A DNA stretch of 64,000 nucleotides from Alphaproteobacteria bacterium (lineage in GTDB: Bacteria; Pseudomonadota; Alphaproteobacteria; CACIAM-22H2): contig WGNX01000004.1 of the NCBI GenBank assembly GCA_016124335.1, positions 144,418-208,417 of the forward strand. The letters are read 5' to 3'. Every line of letters starts with the position of its first letter. Positions within the stretch are counted from its first letter, which is position 1. The notes beneath the pieces were generated by a model that was not told the origin of the DNA, made no database searches, and saw only the letters and a list, made by a program, of their open reading frames with translations. The position numbers and the translations under genes are program-made. This document shows, one piece after another, positions 36,006-47,218 of the stretch.

Positions 36006-36323
36006 TCAGCCCTGCTGCATGACCTGCTTTTTCGCCTCGGGAAGCAGATGCTCCATCTGCGCACGAACGTCGGCGGCGGAAATCACGACGCCCTTGACGT
36101 TTGCGTCCTTGACGATCTTTTCGATCACGTCGTCGTCGCCAGCCTTCTCGAAATCCGAAGCAACGACGTCCTTCGCATAGGCTTCCGCGTCCTTGATCCC
36201 CAGCTTGGCGGCAGCCCAAAGCCCCAAAAGCTTGTTGCGCCGCGCGGTGACCTTGAAGCGCAGCGCCTCGTCGTGCTTGAACTTGTTTTCGAAGCTTTTT
36301 TCGCGGTCGTCGAACGTGCCCAT
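36006..36323 (-). CDS. DUF1476 protein (alphaproteobacterial F1-ATPase inhibitor zeta subunit family)
   Basis: 105 aa. FDDREKSFENKFKHDEALRFKVTARRNKLLGLWAAAKLG is the characteristic DUF1476 N-terminus. Confidence 0.8.
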   Translation of the reverse strand: MGTFDDREKSFENKFKHDEALRFKVTARRNKLLGLWAAAKLGIKDAEAYAKDVVASDFEKAGDDDVIEKIVKDANVKGVVISAADVRAQMEHLLPEAKKQVMQQG

Positions 36324-36410
36324 TTGCCTGCCTCGTGATGGAAGACTTGAGGGCGGTTATACCGATCCCTTGCGCCTGCGGCAATCGCGTCGCCGGGGCC
36401 GGATTGTCGC

Positions 36411-37166
36411 ATGTGTACGGTCGTAATCCTGCGCCGCCCGGGACACGATTGGCCGCTCCTGCTGGCGGCCAATCGCGACGAAATGCGCGATCGGCCATGG
36501 CGCCCGCCGGCACGTCACTGGCCGGACCGGCCAGAGGTCGTTGCCGGCCTCGACGAGCTTGCGGGCGGCACGTGGCTTGGCCTCAACGACCATGGCGTCG
36601 TTTCAAGCATCTTGAACCGGCGGGGCACCCTGGGCCCTGCGGCCGACAAGCGTTCGCGCGGCGAGCTTGTTCTCGAGGCGCTCGACCATGCTGATGCGGC
36701 CGACGCCGGACGTGCGCTTGGCCAAATCGATCCCGCCGCTTACCGCCCCTTCAACATGGTGATCGCCGACGATCAGGACGCTTTCTGGCTGAAATCGACG
36801 GGAGCCGGGCGCGTGACAGTCGCGCCGATCCCGCCGGGCATATCGATGCTGACCGCGTTCGACCTGAACGATACGGCTTCGCCACGCATTGCTTTCCACC
36901 TTCCCCGCTTTGCAATCGCGCCGCTACCGGATCCGGCGTCCGGCAACTGGCGCAACTGGGAAGCGTTGCTCGCCAGCCGCGAACATTCGCTCGATGGCGG
37001 CGAGGAAGGAATGATGACCATTGATCGCGCCAATGGGTTCGGCACGTCTTCGAGCTCGCTATTGGCCCTGCCGAACCGTCGAATCGACCACGAGAGAAAG
37101 CCGGTCTGGCGCTTTGCGGCCGGAGCCCCCGATTCGCACCCCTTTGAGCCCTTGAAAACCCATTGA
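36411..37166 (+). CDS. NRDE-family (TANGO2/DUF833) protein
   Basis: 251 aa. Starts MCT and contains the eponymous LLAANRDE motif. Confidence 0.8.
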   Translation: MCTVVILRRPGHDWPLLLAANRDEMRDRPWRPPARHWPDRPEVVAGLDELAGGTWLGLNDHGVVSSILNRRGTLGPAADKRSRGELVLEALDHADAADAGRALGQIDPAAYRPFNMVIADDQDAFWLKSTGAGRVTVAPIPPGISMLTAFDLNDTASPRIAFHLPRFAIAPLPDPASGNWRNWEALLASREHSLDGGEEGMMTIDRANGFGTSSSSLLALPNRRIDHERKPVWRFAAGAPDSHPFEPLKTH

Positions 37167-37317
37167 TCCAAAGGCTTACCCGCGCATTGCGGGGGGTGCC
37201 GGTGTGGGCTATACAGGCCCCGTAATTTCCGCCCCGCCGCGCCTGTCGGACCCGATGGCGCGGCGCGGTTTTTCCGGGGGGCGGAACCACCCAATCCGAC
37301 GCCGAAGGGGGCGCCAC

Positions 37318-38085
37318 GTGTCCCGTCGCAAGCAGCTTTACGAAGGCAAGGCCAAGATCCTTTTCGAGGGGCCGGAGCCCGGCACGATCGTTCAGTATTT
37401 CAAGGACGATGCTACGGCCTTCAACAACAAGAAGAAGGGCGTCATCACCGGCAAGGGCGTGCTTAACAACCGCATCTCGGAATTCCTGATGATGCGGCTT
37501 GAGGACATGGGCGTGCCCACGCATTTCATCCGGCGCCTGAACATGCGCGAACAGCTTGTCCGCGAGGTCGAGATCGTCCCGCTCGAGGTTGTCGTTCGCA
37601 ATGTCGCGGCCGGCTCGTTCAGTCAGCGCTTTGGCGTGGCGGAGGGCCAGGCCCTGCCCCGCTCGATCGTCGAGTACTATTACAAGAATGACGAACTTGG
37701 CGACCCGATGGTCTCCGAGGAGCACATCACCGCATTCGGGTGGGCGGATACACGCGACCTCGACGACATCATGGCGATGGCGTTGCGCGTCAACGACTAC
37801 CTCTCGGGCCTTTTCCTCGGCGTCGGCATCAAGCTTGTCGATTTCAAGCTCGAGTTCGGCCGGCACTGGAACGAGCACGAAGAGATGCGGATCATCCTCG
37901 CCGACGAGATCAGCCCGGATTGCTGCCGCCTTTGGGATCTCAAGACGAACGAAAAAATGGACAAGGACCGCTTCCGCCGCGACCTCGGCAATGTCGAGGA
38001 AGCCTATCAGGAAGTGGCGCGCCGGCTCGGAATTCTGCCCGAAGGCGGCCCGCGCGACCATAAAGGCACGGGGACGATGCAATGA
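37318..38085 (+). CDS. purC: Phosphoribosylaminoimidazole-succinocarboxamide (SAICAR) synthase
   Basis: 255 aa from GTG 37318, preceded by [24 protein letters not shown]...DDATAFN.... The track ORF start at 37204 is rejected. Confidence 0.9.
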   Translation: MSRRKQLYEGKAKILFEGPEPGTIVQYFKDDATAFNNKKKGVITGKGVLNNRISEFLMMRLEDMGVPTHFIRRLNMREQLVREVEIVPLEVVVRNVAAGSFSQRFGVAEGQALPRSIVEYYYKNDELGDPMVSEEHITAFGWADTRDLDDIMAMALRVNDYLSGLFLGVGIKLVDFKLEFGRHWNEHEEMRIILADEISPDCCRLWDLKTNEKMDKDRFRRDLGNVEEAYQEVARRLGILPEGGPRDHKGTGTMQ

Positions 38086-38324
38086 AGGCGAAGATCCACG
38101 TCACCCTGAAGAACGGCGTGCTCGACGTCCAGGGCAAGGCGGTTGCGGCCGGCCTCGCCGGACTTGGATTTCCCGGGATCGGCGACGTGCGGGTCGGCCG
38201 CTATGTCGAGATCGAACTTGCTGCAAAGGACGCGGCCGCGGCCGAAGCGCAAGCAAAGCAGATGTGCGAGAAACTGCTCGCCAATACGGTAATCGAGAAT
38301 TACCGGATCGAGATTGCGGGGTAG
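38082..38324 (+). CDS. purS: FGAM synthase subunit PurS
   Basis: 80 aa. [25 protein letters not shown] overlap with the purC stop. Confidence 0.9.
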   Translation: MKAKIHVTLKNGVLDVQGKAVAAGLAGLGFPGIGDVRVGRYVEIELAAKDAAAAEAQAKQMCEKLLANTVIENYRIEIAG

Positions 38325-38331
38325 CCAAACC

Positions 38332-39042
38332 ATGAAATCCGCGATCGTCGTTTTCCCCGGCTCAAATCGCGAAAACGACGCTGCCGACGCGATCGAGCGT
38401 GCATCCGGCAAGCGGCCGGCCATGGTCTGGCACAAGGACAGCGAGCTTCCCGAAGGCCTCGATCTCATCGTTCTGCCGGGCGGATTTTCTTACGGCGACT
38501 ATCTCCGATGCGGCGCCATGGCGGCGCGCAGCCCGATCATGCGCGAGGTGATCGCACGCGCGGACAAGGGGACCGCAGTCGTCGGCGTATGCAATGGCTT
38601 CCAGATCCTTTGTGAAACGGGCCTGTTGCCGGGCGTGCTCCTCTCGAACTCGGGCCTGAAGTTCATCTGTCGCGATGTCCATCTGAAGGTCGCGAACAGC
38701 CAGACGATGTTCACGCACCGTTATTCGGCCGGGCAGGTCGTACGCTTTCCGGTCGCCCACCACGACGGCAACTATTTTGCCGATCCCGACACGCTGAAAC
38801 GGCTTGAAGACGGCGACCAGATCGCTTTTCGATACTGCACGCCGGATGGCGAAACGACGACCGAAGGAAACCCGAACGGATCTATCGGCAATATCGCCGG
38901 CGTATTCAATGCCACCAAATCCGTACTCGGGCTGATGCCGCACCCGGAAAACGCGACGGACCCGGCGACGGTCGGATCGCTCGGCGGGTCGCTCGACGGA
39001 AAACCAATGTTCGACGCGATCGTGGATGCCCTCTCCAAATGA
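38332..39042 (+). CDS. purQ: FGAM synthase glutaminase subunit PurQ
   Basis: 236 aa from ATG 38332. [17 protein letters not shown], nucleophile [14 protein letters not shown]. Confidence 0.95.
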   Translation: MKSAIVVFPGSNRENDAADAIERASGKRPAMVWHKDSELPEGLDLIVLPGGFSYGDYLRCGAMAARSPIMREVIARADKGTAVVGVCNGFQILCETGLLPGVLLSNSGLKFICRDVHLKVANSQTMFTHRYSAGQVVRFPVAHHDGNYFADPDTLKRLEDGDQIAFRYCTPDGETTTEGNPNGSIGNIAGVFNATKSVLGLMPHPENATDPATVGSLGGSLDGKPMFDAIVDALSK

Positions 39043-41240
39043 AAAAGACGAAGTCGAAGCGCAAGTCCTGGCCTAAGCCGAAGGACATGATGGGCCTCGC
39101 GCCCGCCGAATATGATCTCGCCTGCAATATTCTGGGTCGTGAACCGAGCCTCACCGAGCACGGCATCTTTTCGGTCATGTGGAGCGAGCACTGCTCCTAT
39201 AAATCTTCGAAGAAGTGGCTGAAGACGCTCCCGACCAAGGCAAAGTGGGTCATCTGCGGTCCGGGCGAGAATGCCGGCGTCATCGATATCGGCGAGGGTG
39301 ACGCCTGTATCTTCAAGATCGAAAGCCACAATCACCCGAGCTACATCGAGCCTTATCAGGGCGCTGCAACGGGCGTCGGCGGCATCTTGCGCGATGTCTT
39401 CACGATGGGCGCGCGCCCCATCGCAAATCTCAACGCATTGCGCTTCGGCGCCCCCTCGCACCCCAAGACGCGCCGCCTCGTGTCGGGTGTCGTTGCCGGC
39501 ATTGGCGGCTACGGCAATTGTGTCGGCGTGCCGACGGTCGCAGGCGAGACGAACTTCCACGCCTCGTACAATGGCAACTGTCTCGTCAATGCGATGACGG
39601 TGGGCATCGCGCGAAAGAACAAGATCTTTTATTCGGCCGCAGCGGGTGCGGGAAATCCGGTCGTCTATGTCGGCGCCAAGACCGGTCGGGACGGAATTCA
39701 CGGCGCGACGATGGCGTCCGCTGAATTCGACGACAATTCCGAGGAAAAGCGCCCGACAGTCCAGGTCGGCGACCCGTTCGTGGAGAAGCTGCTGATCGAA
39801 GCTTGCCTCGAGCTGATGGCAACCGATGCCATTGTCGCGATCCAGGATATGGGAGCTGCCGGTCTCACCTCGTCGTCGGTCGAGATGGCCGGCAAAGGCG
39901 GACTTGGTATTGATCTTGACCTCGATAACGTACCGGCGCGTGAAACCGGGATGTCGTCGTACGAAATGATGCTCTCCGAAAGTCAGGAGCGCATGTTGAT
40001 CATCCTGAAGCCCAAGCGCATCGAAGTGGCCCAGCGCATATTCGCAAAATACGAGCTGGACTGCGCGACGATCGGCCATCTCACGAAAACGGGCCGCCTT
40101 GTCGTTCGAAAGAACGGCAACGTCGATGCGGACATGCCGATCGCACCGATGGTGCAGGCGAGCCCCGAATATTCTCGCCCGTGGAAACCGGCAAAAAAGC
40201 GCAAGCCGGTCGATGCACGCAAGCTGCCCGTACGCGAACCCGGCGCGGCCCTGGAAAAATTGATGGGATGTCCCGATCTCGCGTCGCGGCGCTGGATCTG
40301 GGAGCAGTATGACCATCTCGTGCGCGGCCACACGCTGCAACGGCCCGGCGGCGATGCCGCGGTGGTGGGAATCCCGGGACGCAAAAAGGCGCTCGCGATG
40401 TGCGTCGATTCAACGCCGCGTTACGTCGAGGCGGACCCGGAGACGGGCGGCGCGCAGGCTGTCGTCGAGACCTGGCGGAACCTGACCGCCGTCGGCGCGA
40501 CACCGATGGCAATCACCGACAACATGAATTTCGGGAACCCGGAACGTCCTGCGATCATGGGGCAGTTCGTCGGGGCCATCAAAGGCATGCGCAAGGCGTG
40601 CAAGGCGCTGAATTATCCTGTCGTTTCGGGGAACGTGTCGCTCTACAACGAAACGAACGGGCAAGCCATTCTCCCCACGCCGACCATCGGTGGCGTCGGA
40701 CTGCTCAAGGATGCGACAAAATCCGTCGACCTCGCGTTGAAGGCGGACGGCGATGCGATCGTGCTGATCGGTGCGACGGCCGGCTGGCTTGGCGCATCCC
40801 TCTTCCTTCGCGAAGTCGAAGGCCGAGAAGAAGGCGCACCGCCGCCAATCTCGTTGGGCACGGAGAAGCGAAACGGCGACTTCGTCCGCGGATTGATCGC
40901 GAAGGGACAGGTCAACGCCTGTCACGACATTTCCGATGGCGGAATGCTTGTTGCACTTGCTGAAATGGCGCTTGCCGGAAGGATGGGCGCGCGTCTGGAA
41001 TTGCCGCGTACCGACAGCGCGTATCTGTTCGGGGAGGATCAGGCCCGCTATATCGTGACGACCGCCAACGCCAAGCGCCTTTTGGCAGGCGCCAAGACGC
41101 TTCGCATACCGGCAACGGTCATCGGTACTGTCTCCCGCGATGGCAAATTGGCGCTTGCCGGGTGTGCGCCAATATCGCTGGACAAACTTCGCCAAGCCCA
41201 TGAGGGTTGGCTCCCGGGCTATATGTCCTCGAAAAAATAG
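39039..41240 (+). CDS. purL: FGAM synthase subunit PurL
   Basis: 733 aa. [42 protein letters not shown] overlap with the purQ stop. Confidence 0.95.
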   Translation: MKKTKSKRKSWPKPKDMMGLAPAEYDLACNILGREPSLTEHGIFSVMWSEHCSYKSSKKWLKTLPTKAKWVICGPGENAGVIDIGEGDACIFKIESHNHPSYIEPYQGAATGVGGILRDVFTMGARPIANLNALRFGAPSHPKTRRLVSGVVAGIGGYGNCVGVPTVAGETNFHASYNGNCLVNAMTVGIARKNKIFYSAAAGAGNPVVYVGAKTGRDGIHGATMASAEFDDNSEEKRPTVQVGDPFVEKLLIEACLELMATDAIVAIQDMGAAGLTSSSVEMAGKGGLGIDLDLDNVPARETGMSSYEMMLSESQERMLIILKPKRIEVAQRIFAKYELDCATIGHLTKTGRLVVRKNGNVDADMPIAPMVQASPEYSRPWKPAKKRKPVDARKLPVREPGAALEKLMGCPDLASRRWIWEQYDHLVRGHTLQRPGGDAAVVGIPGRKKALAMCVDSTPRYVEADPETGGAQAVVETWRNLTAVGATPMAITDNMNFGNPERPAIMGQFVGAIKGMRKACKALNYPVVSGNVSLYNETNGQAILPTPTIGGVGLLKDATKSVDLALKADGDAIVLIGATAGWLGASLFLREVEGREEGAPPPISLGTEKRNGDFVRGLIAKGQVNACHDISDGGMLVALAEMALAGRMGARLELPRTDSAYLFGEDQARYIVTTANAKRLLAGAKTLRIPATVIGTVSRDGKLALAGCAPISLDKLRQAHEGWLPGYMSSKK

Positions 41241-41251
41241 GGTTATTGACG

Positions 41252-41491
41252 ATGCCGATGGCCGCCGGCGACATCGAAAAAATGATACGGGAAGCCCTGC
41301 CTGACGCCACCGTTCAGATTGACGATCTGCGCGGTGACGGCGATCATTATGCCTGCCGCGTGGCCTCGGCGCTGTTCAAGGGCAAGAGCCGGGTGCAGCA
41401 GCATCAGATGGTCTATGCGGCGCTGAAGGGGCGAATGGGGGGTGAGTTGCACGCCCTCGCCCTGACGACCGAAATTCCGGCGGACGCCTGA
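41252..41491 (+). CDS. bolA: BolA-family protein
   Basis: 79 aa from ATG 41252. ...[30 protein letters not shown]...HALAL. It has the usual position upstream of grxD. Confidence 0.85.
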   Translation: MPMAAGDIEKMIREALPDATVQIDDLRGDGDHYACRVASALFKGKSRVQQHQMVYAALKGRMGGELHALALTTEIPADA

Positions 41492-41526
41492 GCGCCGCCC
41501 CGAGACAAGCGAGCGGAGTAGCGAAA

Positions 41527-41859
41527 ATGGATAGCGTCAAAGACCGCATCGAATCCGATCTCAAGGCGAATGACGTCGTGCTGTACATGAAAGGCACGCC
41601 CGTCTTCCCGCAGTGCGGATTTTCAGCCGCGGTCGTTCAAGTGCTCACGCACATAGGCGTGAAATTCAAAGGCATCAACGTCCTCGAGGACCCCGAGATC
41701 CGGAATGGGATCAAGGAGTACGCGAACTGGCCGACGATCCCGCAACTCTACGTCAAAGGCGAATTCGTCGGCGGGTGCGACATCGTGCGCGAGATGTATC
41801 AGACCGGCGAACTCACCGACCTGCTGCAGAACAAGGGCATCACTGTCAAAGCTGCCTGA
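41527..41859 (+). CDS. grxD: Grx4-type monothiol glutaredoxin
   Basis: 110 aa. [17 protein letters not shown] active site and [19 protein letters not shown]. Confidence 0.95.
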   Translation: MDSVKDRIESDLKANDVVLYMKGTPVFPQCGFSAAVVQVLTHIGVKFKGINVLEDPEIRNGIKEYANWPTIPQLYVKGEFVGGCDIVREMYQTGELTDLLQNKGITVKAA

Positions 41860-41883
41860 GCCGAACGCCAGCTGTATCCGGAA

Positions 41884-41913
41884 ACGGCGGCCCTTTGGCC
41901 GTCGTTTTCTTTT
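41884..41913 (+). terminator. Rho-independent terminator after grxD (usable from both strands)
   Basis: ACGGCGGCC-cttt-GGCCGTCGT (9-bp stem with one G:U pair), followed by TTTTCTTTT. It lies between the grxD stop (41859) and the convergent dioxygenase stop (41920). Confidence 0.7.
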
Positions 41914-41919
41914 GCGTGA

Positions 41920-42702
41920 TCAGCCAAACGAATAGGCGGCCAGCGACAGCGAGCCATGCGTGAAGCTCGAATGGATCTTCGTTCCGTGTGCGCCGGCCCC
42001 ACCTGCGCCGTAAGCGACGAATACCGGCATCAGATGCTCGTCACGCGGATGCGCCATCCGGGCATTGGGGGCTCGATTTCGATAGTCGGCCAGCGCGGCG
42101 TCATCGCCGGCCGAAAGCGCCGCAGCGAGCCAATCATCGAAATCGCGCGCCCACTGGGTTCCCGTACCGGCCCCGCCTTGCCAATCGAGCGCACGCAGAT
42201 TGTGGACTGCCCCGCCCGAACCGAGCACAAGAATTCCTTCGTCGCGCAACGGGGCAAGCACCCGGCCGAGCGCGATATGATGTCCGGCACCAAATTGTGG
42301 CTGGATCGAGATCTGGGCGACCGGAATATCGGCGTCTGGCCAAGCCAGCAGCAAGGGGACCCACGCACCATGATCAAGACCCTGTTCCGCAACGGCGTCC
42401 GTGTCGAATCCCGCCGAGACCAGTAACTCGCGCGCACGTGCTGCAGTTTCAGGCGCACCAGAGGCCGGATAGCGGAAATCATAGAGTTCACGCGGGAAGC
42501 CATAGAAGTCGTGGATCGTCTCGGGCTTCAGAGCCGTCGAAACCGCCGGCGCCGATGTCTCCCAGTGTGCGGACGCAACAAGTATGGCCTTTGGCCGGGG
42601 TAACATCCCGGAAAGCCCGCGCAGAAATTCGCGCGCCGGAACATCATCCAGCGGCAAGGTCGGCGCACCGTGCGATACGAAGATCGAAGGAAGCGGCTTC
42701 AT
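41920..42702 (-). CDS. Class III extradiol ring-cleavage dioxygenase (DODA/YgiD-like)
   Basis: 260 aa. PSIFVSHGAPTLPLDD... and ...HDFYGFP...LGSGGAVHNL. Confidence 0.85.
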   Translation of the reverse strand: MKPLPSIFVSHGAPTLPLDDVPAREFLRGLSGMLPRPKAILVASAHWETSAPAVSTALKPETIHDFYGFPRELYDFRYPASGAPETAARARELLVSAGFDTDAVAEQGLDHGAWVPLLLAWPDADIPVAQISIQPQFGAGHHIALGRVLAPLRDEGILVLGSGGAVHNLRALDWQGGAGTGTQWARDFDDWLAAALSAGDDAALADYRNRAPNARMAHPRDEHLMPVFVAYGAGGAGAHGTKIHSSFTHGSLSLAAYSFG

Positions 42703-42758
42703 CGTGTTTCGTCTCTCTTGGGTGTTGAGCCGGGCACGTTCGGCCGCTTCCTTCCCGT

Positions 42759-43316
42759 TCAGCCCTTGAGCTTACTCGCAAGTGTGGCGACGCGTGCGCC
42801 AAGACCGAAGCCGGAAGCCTGATCGTCCTTCGACGGATTGCTCTCCCCGGGGGCCGCATTTTCCGAGGTCGCCATCACACCGCCCCAGCTCGAAAGCCGA
42901 TTGAGCGTAACGTCGCCCTGCTTCGTGCCGACCATGACGCCTTGGCTGACCCAGATCATCGAGTGCTGCATGGCAAGCGTCCACAGATAGGCAATGGTGC
43001 TGAACTTGTCACCCGACGGACCGGAGCTGTTCGTGAAACCGGCCGCGATCTTGTCCTTCCAACCCTGCCCGAACCACACCTTGGCGGTCGTATCGGCCCA
43101 CGTTTTGAACGGACCCGAGACGCTGCCCATATAGGTCGGCGATCCGAAAATGATCGCGTCGGCCGCATTGATCGTGTCGGCCTTCGCTTCGGCGTCCGCT
43201 ACGGAAATGAGATCAACGACCGTCCCGTCGACCGACGAGGCGCCACGCGCCACCGCCTCAGCCAGAACTTTCGTGTGCCCGAAACCGCTGTGATAAACGA
43301 TTGCAACCTTTGCCAT
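42759..43316 (-). CDS. Flavodoxin-like NAD(P)H:quinone oxidoreductase (WrbA-related)
   Basis: 185 aa from ATG 43316. MAKVAIVYHSGFGHTKVLAEAV...IIFGSPTYMG. Divergent from the HxlR regulator gene. Confidence 0.8.
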   Translation of the reverse strand: MAKVAIVYHSGFGHTKVLAEAVARGASSVDGTVVDLISVADAEAKADTINAADAIIFGSPTYMGSVSGPFKTWADTTAKVWFGQGWKDKIAAGFTNSSGPSGDKFSTIAYLWTLAMQHSMIWVSQGVMVGTKQGDVTLNRLSSWGGVMATSENAAPGESNPSKDDQASGFGLGARVATLASKLKG

Positions 43317-43476
43317 TTTCCAACTCCGCTCGCTTTGCGGTCCTGTAAGCGCCAAGTCCCGGATTGAATTCGGGCCCCATTACGGTTACATTTCCATACC
43401 GAGAGGATATCGGCTATCCAATATGCTTTGTAAAGTAGGTACCTTTTAGTAACTATGTCAATTTGGAGAGCTTGGC

Positions 43477-43827
43477 ATGCCGCTTCCCAAAAGCCCGACC
43501 GGATGCCCGATGGATGCGATCCTGCGCCTGCTTATGGGCCCCTGGACCACCTACATCCTCTGGATACTGCGCAACGAAGGCCCGACACGGTTCGGCGCGC
43601 TCAAGCGACATGTAACCGGCGTTTCCGCCAAGATGCTGACCGAGCGGCTGAGGCTCCTCGAAGCCGCCGGCATTATCGCAAGGACGTACACGCCAACGAT
43701 CCCGCCACAGGTCACATATTCCCTGACGACGCGCGGCGAAGAGCTTTCAGAAGTTTTCCAGAGCCTAGATGCGATCGCACGGCGGTGGCGCGACGAGGAC
43801 GCAAAGCGCGGGAAAAAGGCCGCCTGA
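43477..43827 (+). CDS. HxlR-family winged-helix transcriptional regulator
   Basis: 116 aa. CPMDAILRLLMGPWTTYILWILRNEGPTRFGALKR...MLTERLRLLEAAGII...YSLT. GGAGAG lies 7 nt upstream of the ATG. Confidence 0.9.
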   Translation: MPLPKSPTGCPMDAILRLLMGPWTTYILWILRNEGPTRFGALKRHVTGVSAKMLTERLRLLEAAGIIARTYTPTIPPQVTYSLTTRGEELSEVFQSLDAIARRWRDEDAKRGKKAA

Positions 43828-43858
43828 AAGCAAAAAGGCCGGCTCCAAGGAGCCGGCC
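43828..43858 (-). terminator. Rho-independent terminator after rpsD (hairpin shared with convergent hxlR-like gene)
   Basis: Minus strand: GGCCGGCTCC-tt-GGAGCCGGCC (perfect 10-bp stem), followed by TTTTTGCTTT. Confidence 0.75.
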
Positions 43859-43885
43859 TTCAAGAAGTTCCGAATTGCGCCCGAA

Positions 43886-44503
43886 TTAGCGCGAGTAGAA
43901 TTCGATCACGAGATTCGGTTCCATCGAAACCGGATACGGAACATCGGCGAGCTTCGGGGTGCGGACAAACTTGCCCTTGAACGCCTTCTGATCGACGACC
44001 TCGAGATAATCGGGGACCTGCCGCTCCTGCGAAGCAGCCGCTTCGAGCACCTGGACGTTCTCGCGCATCTTCGAATTCAGTTCGATTTCATCGCCATCCT
44101 TGACGAGCATCGAGGCGATGCTTGCGCGCCGTCCGTTGATCATGACGTGGCCGTGGCTGACGAGCTGGCGCGCCGAGAACACCGTCGGTGCGAACTTGAG
44201 GCGGTAGACCACCGCGTCGAGACGGCGCTCGAGCAAGCCAATCAGGTTTTCCGACGTATCGCCCTTCTTGCGGACGGCTTCCGTATAGATCTTGCGGAAC
44301 TGGCGCTCGGTGATATTGCCGTAGTAGCCCTTCAGCTTCTGCTTGGCGCGAAGCTGCGTGCCGAAATCCGTCGGCTTCTTGCGGCGCTGCCCGTGCTGGC
44401 CGGGACCGTATTCGCGCTTGTTGACGGGGCTCTTCTCGCGGCCCCAAAGGTTCTCGCCGAGCCGGCGATTGATCTTGTATTTGGACTCTTGACGCTTCGA
44501 CAT
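43886..44503 (-). CDS. rpsD: 30S ribosomal protein S4
   Basis: 205 aa from ATG 44503. [26 protein letters not shown]...RLDAVVYRL...[10 protein letters not shown]. Confidence 0.95.
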   Translation of the reverse strand: MSKRQESKYKINRRLGENLWGREKSPVNKREYGPGQHGQRRKKPTDFGTQLRAKQKLKGYYGNITERQFRKIYTEAVRKKGDTSENLIGLLERRLDAVVYRLKFAPTVFSARQLVSHGHVMINGRRASIASMLVKDGDEIELNSKMRENVQVLEAAASQERQVPDYLEVVDQKAFKGKFVRTPKLADVPYPVSMEPNLVIEFYSR

Positions 44504-44694
44504 GGTTTCATCGTCTCCTCGGCGGCCTCGTGGAGCCTGGCGCAACCCCGTGACGCGCCGCCGAAAAAAGTGAACAAGCGATCCCTCGGTAATGGCCCGT
44601 TGAAAACGGGGCAAAGCCTTGCCAGGCAGGGGAACCTCGTCCGAAGGTCGCGGAGTATAGTGATCGTCGGTGTTCTGTCAAACGCGGGATTTTG

Positions 44695-46503
44695 ATGGAA
44701 AATCAAGATATTATGGACAATTCGAAGCGATGGACGATGACCGCCGTGCTCACCGTCGCGATTGCCGGACTCGTCGGCCTCGCCCTAGCGGTGGTCCTTG
44801 TCATCCAGATTTCGGTCGGGCGGCATGCCACGACCGAGCTTTTCCGGGCCAAAGGCGACCTGATGGTCGATCTGATCGCAAGCCGCGTCCGCGAGCAGCT
44901 TGATCCCGCTTCGGCTCAACTTTCGTTCATCGCCGAGCTACTTGCCGAAGTAGGGACAAATTACAGCCGGCGTCGGATTGCCGACATCATCACCGGTTCG
45001 CTTGCTGCAGCCCCCCAGATCAATCGCATCGTCTTTCTCTATCCTGATGCAAAGGCGATCGTCGTGGAGCGGACCGGCGATACGCCGACTGTCACGTATC
45101 CCGACTTGTCCGGCAATCCGAATGTCCGGGAAAGCTTGCAAGAAGCCGAGACAAGCACCGGCGCCCGATGGGGTGAATTCATTTTCGTCAACTCGCTCGG
45201 CGGGCCTGCCGTAAACCGGCGCCACGCCGTATGGCGGGATGGCAAGTTCATCGGTGCGCTCGCGGCACTGGTGCCACTCCGTCAGCTGTCCGTGATCGTC
45301 GAACAATCGGCAGCTGGCGAGTACGGCGGAACCCCCTTCATTCTCTACGGCGACGAATCCGTTCTCGCGCACCGCCGCCTGATGCAGCCATTTCCCGGTC
45401 TTTCTCCGGACCACCCGTTACCGACATTGGCCGAGCTTGGCGATCCCGTCCTCGCACAAATATGGTCGGGCCGGACGGCCGCCCCGCTGCTTGCCCAGAG
45501 CGACAGGGTCCGTGCAGTCGAGATCGGCGGACAGGCATTTCTGTTCCTGCACACGCAGTTGACGGAGTTCGGCAAGGTCCCGTGGAACGTCGGCGCCTAC
45601 TTCAAGGTCCAGGATTTTGCCGAAGACATCCGCGCAATGTTCTTTGCCGGGCTAGCGGGCCTCGTCGTCCTGGCGTTTGCACTTGGAAGTGCCGTCGTGC
45701 TCGCGCGCCGGCTCGCGCGGCCGACGCGCCGCTTCGCAAGGGCCGCAGCGCACCTCGCCGAACTCGACTTCGAGCGCGCCGAACATCTTTCGCGAAGCCG
45801 GATTCGCGAACTTGACGATCAAGCCGTCGCGTTCAATCGGCTCGTTTCCGCATTGCGATGGTTCGAGGCGTACGTCCCCCGTCGTCTCGTACGCCAGCTC
45901 GCACGATCCGCCGGCCAAGGCGGCATCGCGTCGACGACGCGCGAAGTGACGATCATGTTCACCGATATCGTCGGATTTACCGCTCGTTCGCAGACAATGA
46001 CGCCCGAGAAAACCGCTGAAATGCTCAACCGCCACTTCGCCCATGTCATCGCCGCGATCGAATCGACAGGGGGCACCGTCGACAAGTTCATGGGCGACGG
46101 CGTCATGGCATTTTGGGGTGCCCCGGATCTGCATGCCGCGCACGCGCGCGCCGCACTCGACAGCGCCCGAGCCATCGCGCGCTCGACACCAAACGACGGA
46201 CTGCGCATGCGCGTAGGCGTTCACACAGGCACAGTCGTGGCCGGAAACGTCGGAACGCGCGAGCGGCTAAATTACACGATCCTCGGCGACGCCGTGAATG
46301 TGACCCAGCGCATCGAGGAGCTGGGCCATGCGTTGATGGAAGACAGCGAACGATGCTGCGTCCTGACCAGTCGGCAGACCCATCAGGCCGCCGGCGCACC
46401 CGCCGATTTCGTGCGTGCCGGTGAATTCACCCTTCGCGGTCGCGGCGATCCGGTCGAGATTTACCGGCTCGCGTTGCATGTGGACGCTCCACAAGCCCGG
46501 TAA
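44695..46503 (+). CDS. Membrane-bound class III adenylate/guanylate cyclase with periplasmic Cache-like sensor and HAMP domain
   Basis: 602 aa from ATG 44695. Two TM segments flank an extracytoplasmic region of about 270 aa, followed by HAMP. Cyclase motifs VTIMFTDIVGFTARS, KFMGDGVMAFWGAP, YTILGDAVNVTQRIE. Confidence 0.85.
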   Translation: MENQDIMDNSKRWTMTAVLTVAIAGLVGLALAVVLVIQISVGRHATTELFRAKGDLMVDLIASRVREQLDPASAQLSFIAELLAEVGTNYSRRRIADIITGSLAAAPQINRIVFLYPDAKAIVVERTGDTPTVTYPDLSGNPNVRESLQEAETSTGARWGEFIFVNSLGGPAVNRRHAVWRDGKFIGALAALVPLRQLSVIVEQSAAGEYGGTPFILYGDESVLAHRRLMQPFPGLSPDHPLPTLAELGDPVLAQIWSGRTAAPLLAQSDRVRAVEIGGQAFLFLHTQLTEFGKVPWNVGAYFKVQDFAEDIRAMFFAGLAGLVVLAFALGSAVVLARRLARPTRRFARAAAHLAELDFERAEHLSRSRIRELDDQAVAFNRLVSALRWFEAYVPRRLVRQLARSAGQGGIASTTREVTIMFTDIVGFTARSQTMTPEKTAEMLNRHFAHVIAAIESTGGTVDKFMGDGVMAFWGAPDLHAAHARAALDSARAIARSTPNDGLRMRVGVHTGTVVAGNVGTRERLNYTILGDAVNVTQRIEELGHALMEDSERCCVLTSRQTHQAAGAPADFVRAGEFTLRGRGDPVEIYRLALHVDAPQAR

Positions 46504-47218
46504 GCATTCCGTGTGCCGTACGGATTTCCTGTGAATTGGGGCGCGCCCTCAAAAAGAATGCGCGCAAATTCCGGATCGCCACCGGTCGCATCAGGGGATT
46601 GCGCAGGAATCCGCAGGCATCCAGTTCGGACTCCAGACGCGACAGGAACTCATCTATCTCGGATTTTGTTGCCGGCTTGCCCCGTCCGGTGCGAACGCGC
46701 CTCGACGGCGTCTCGTCATGAGAACGCGCCCATTCCCAACCGACGAGCAGGACCGCCTGAGCAAGATTGAGCGAATTGAATTCCGGATTGACCGGGAACG
46801 GCACCATGGCATCGGCGAGCGTGATTTCGTCATTCTCAAGTCCCGTGCGCTCCGCGCCGAAGAGAAATCCGACCTTCGATCCCGCGGCCAGCGCAACTTT
46901 GACAGACTCGATTGCGGCCTGCGGCGTGATCACGGGCTTGACCATGTCCCGATCGCGCGGGCACGTCGCGTAAACAACATTGAGATCTGCAAGGGCCGAA
47001 GCGACATCATCATAGAGCCGTGCTGCTGCGAGAACCGCATCGGCACCGGATGCGGCCCGGTTTGCTCGTTCATCCGGAAATGCGCACCGTGGCCGGACCA
47101 GACGCAAGTCGCGCAAACCGCAATTCAGCATCGCACGCGCGGCCGTGCCGATATTCTCCGCCAATTGCGGGCGGACGAGCACAATCGCCGGGGCGGCGTC
47201 CGGAAGGGTCAACGTCAC
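46427..47218 (-). CDS. SpoU/TrmH-family RNA 2'-O-methyltransferase (TrmJ/LasT-like)
   Basis: 263 aa from GTG 47218 (GTGA overlap with the cimA stop). IVLVRPQLAENIGTAARAMLNCG, FLFGAERTGL, NLAQAVLLVGWEW. The 3' end overlaps the convergent cyclase gene by 77 nt. Confidence 0.8.
   Translation of the reverse strand: MTLTLPDAAPAIVLVRPQLAENIGTAARAMLNCGLRDLRLVRPRCAFPDERANRAASGADAVLAAARLYDDVASALADLNVVYATCPRDRDMVKPVITPQAAIESVKVALAAGSKVGFLFGAERTGLENDEITLADAMVPFPVNPEFNSLNLAQAVLLVGWEWARSHDETPSRRVRTGRGKPATKSEIDEFLSRLESELDACGFLRNPLMRPVAIRNLRAFFLRARPNSQEIRTAHGMLTGLVERPHATRAGKSRPDRRDREG

Noticed and set aside
35440-36513. 357-aa Arg/Gly/Pro-rich minus-strand ORF spanning the purB 3' end, the DUF1476 gene and the NRDE start
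   Set aside because: It crosses three independently supported genes and two intergenic regions. Its composition is that of a non-coding frame in GC-rich DNA.
36751-38082. 443-aa minus-strand ORF across the NRDE and purC genes
   Set aside because: It is antisense to two well-supported genes and spans their intergenic region. No family signal.
38772-40340. 522-aa minus-strand ORF inside purQ/purL
   Set aside because: It is antisense to two unambiguous purine-biosynthesis genes, with an Arg/Ala/His-rich composition typical of high-GC shadow ORFs.
43437-43444. AGGTACCT palindrome in the wrbA-like/hxlR divergent region, considered as an HxlR operator
   Set aside because: The flanks are AT-rich but not symmetric, so only 8 bp are palindromic. 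That is too short to claim without binding or conservation data.
43769-44695. 308-aa plus-strand ORF opposite rpsD
   Set aside because: It is antisense to the ribosomal protein S4 gene and runs through its terminator and promoter regions.
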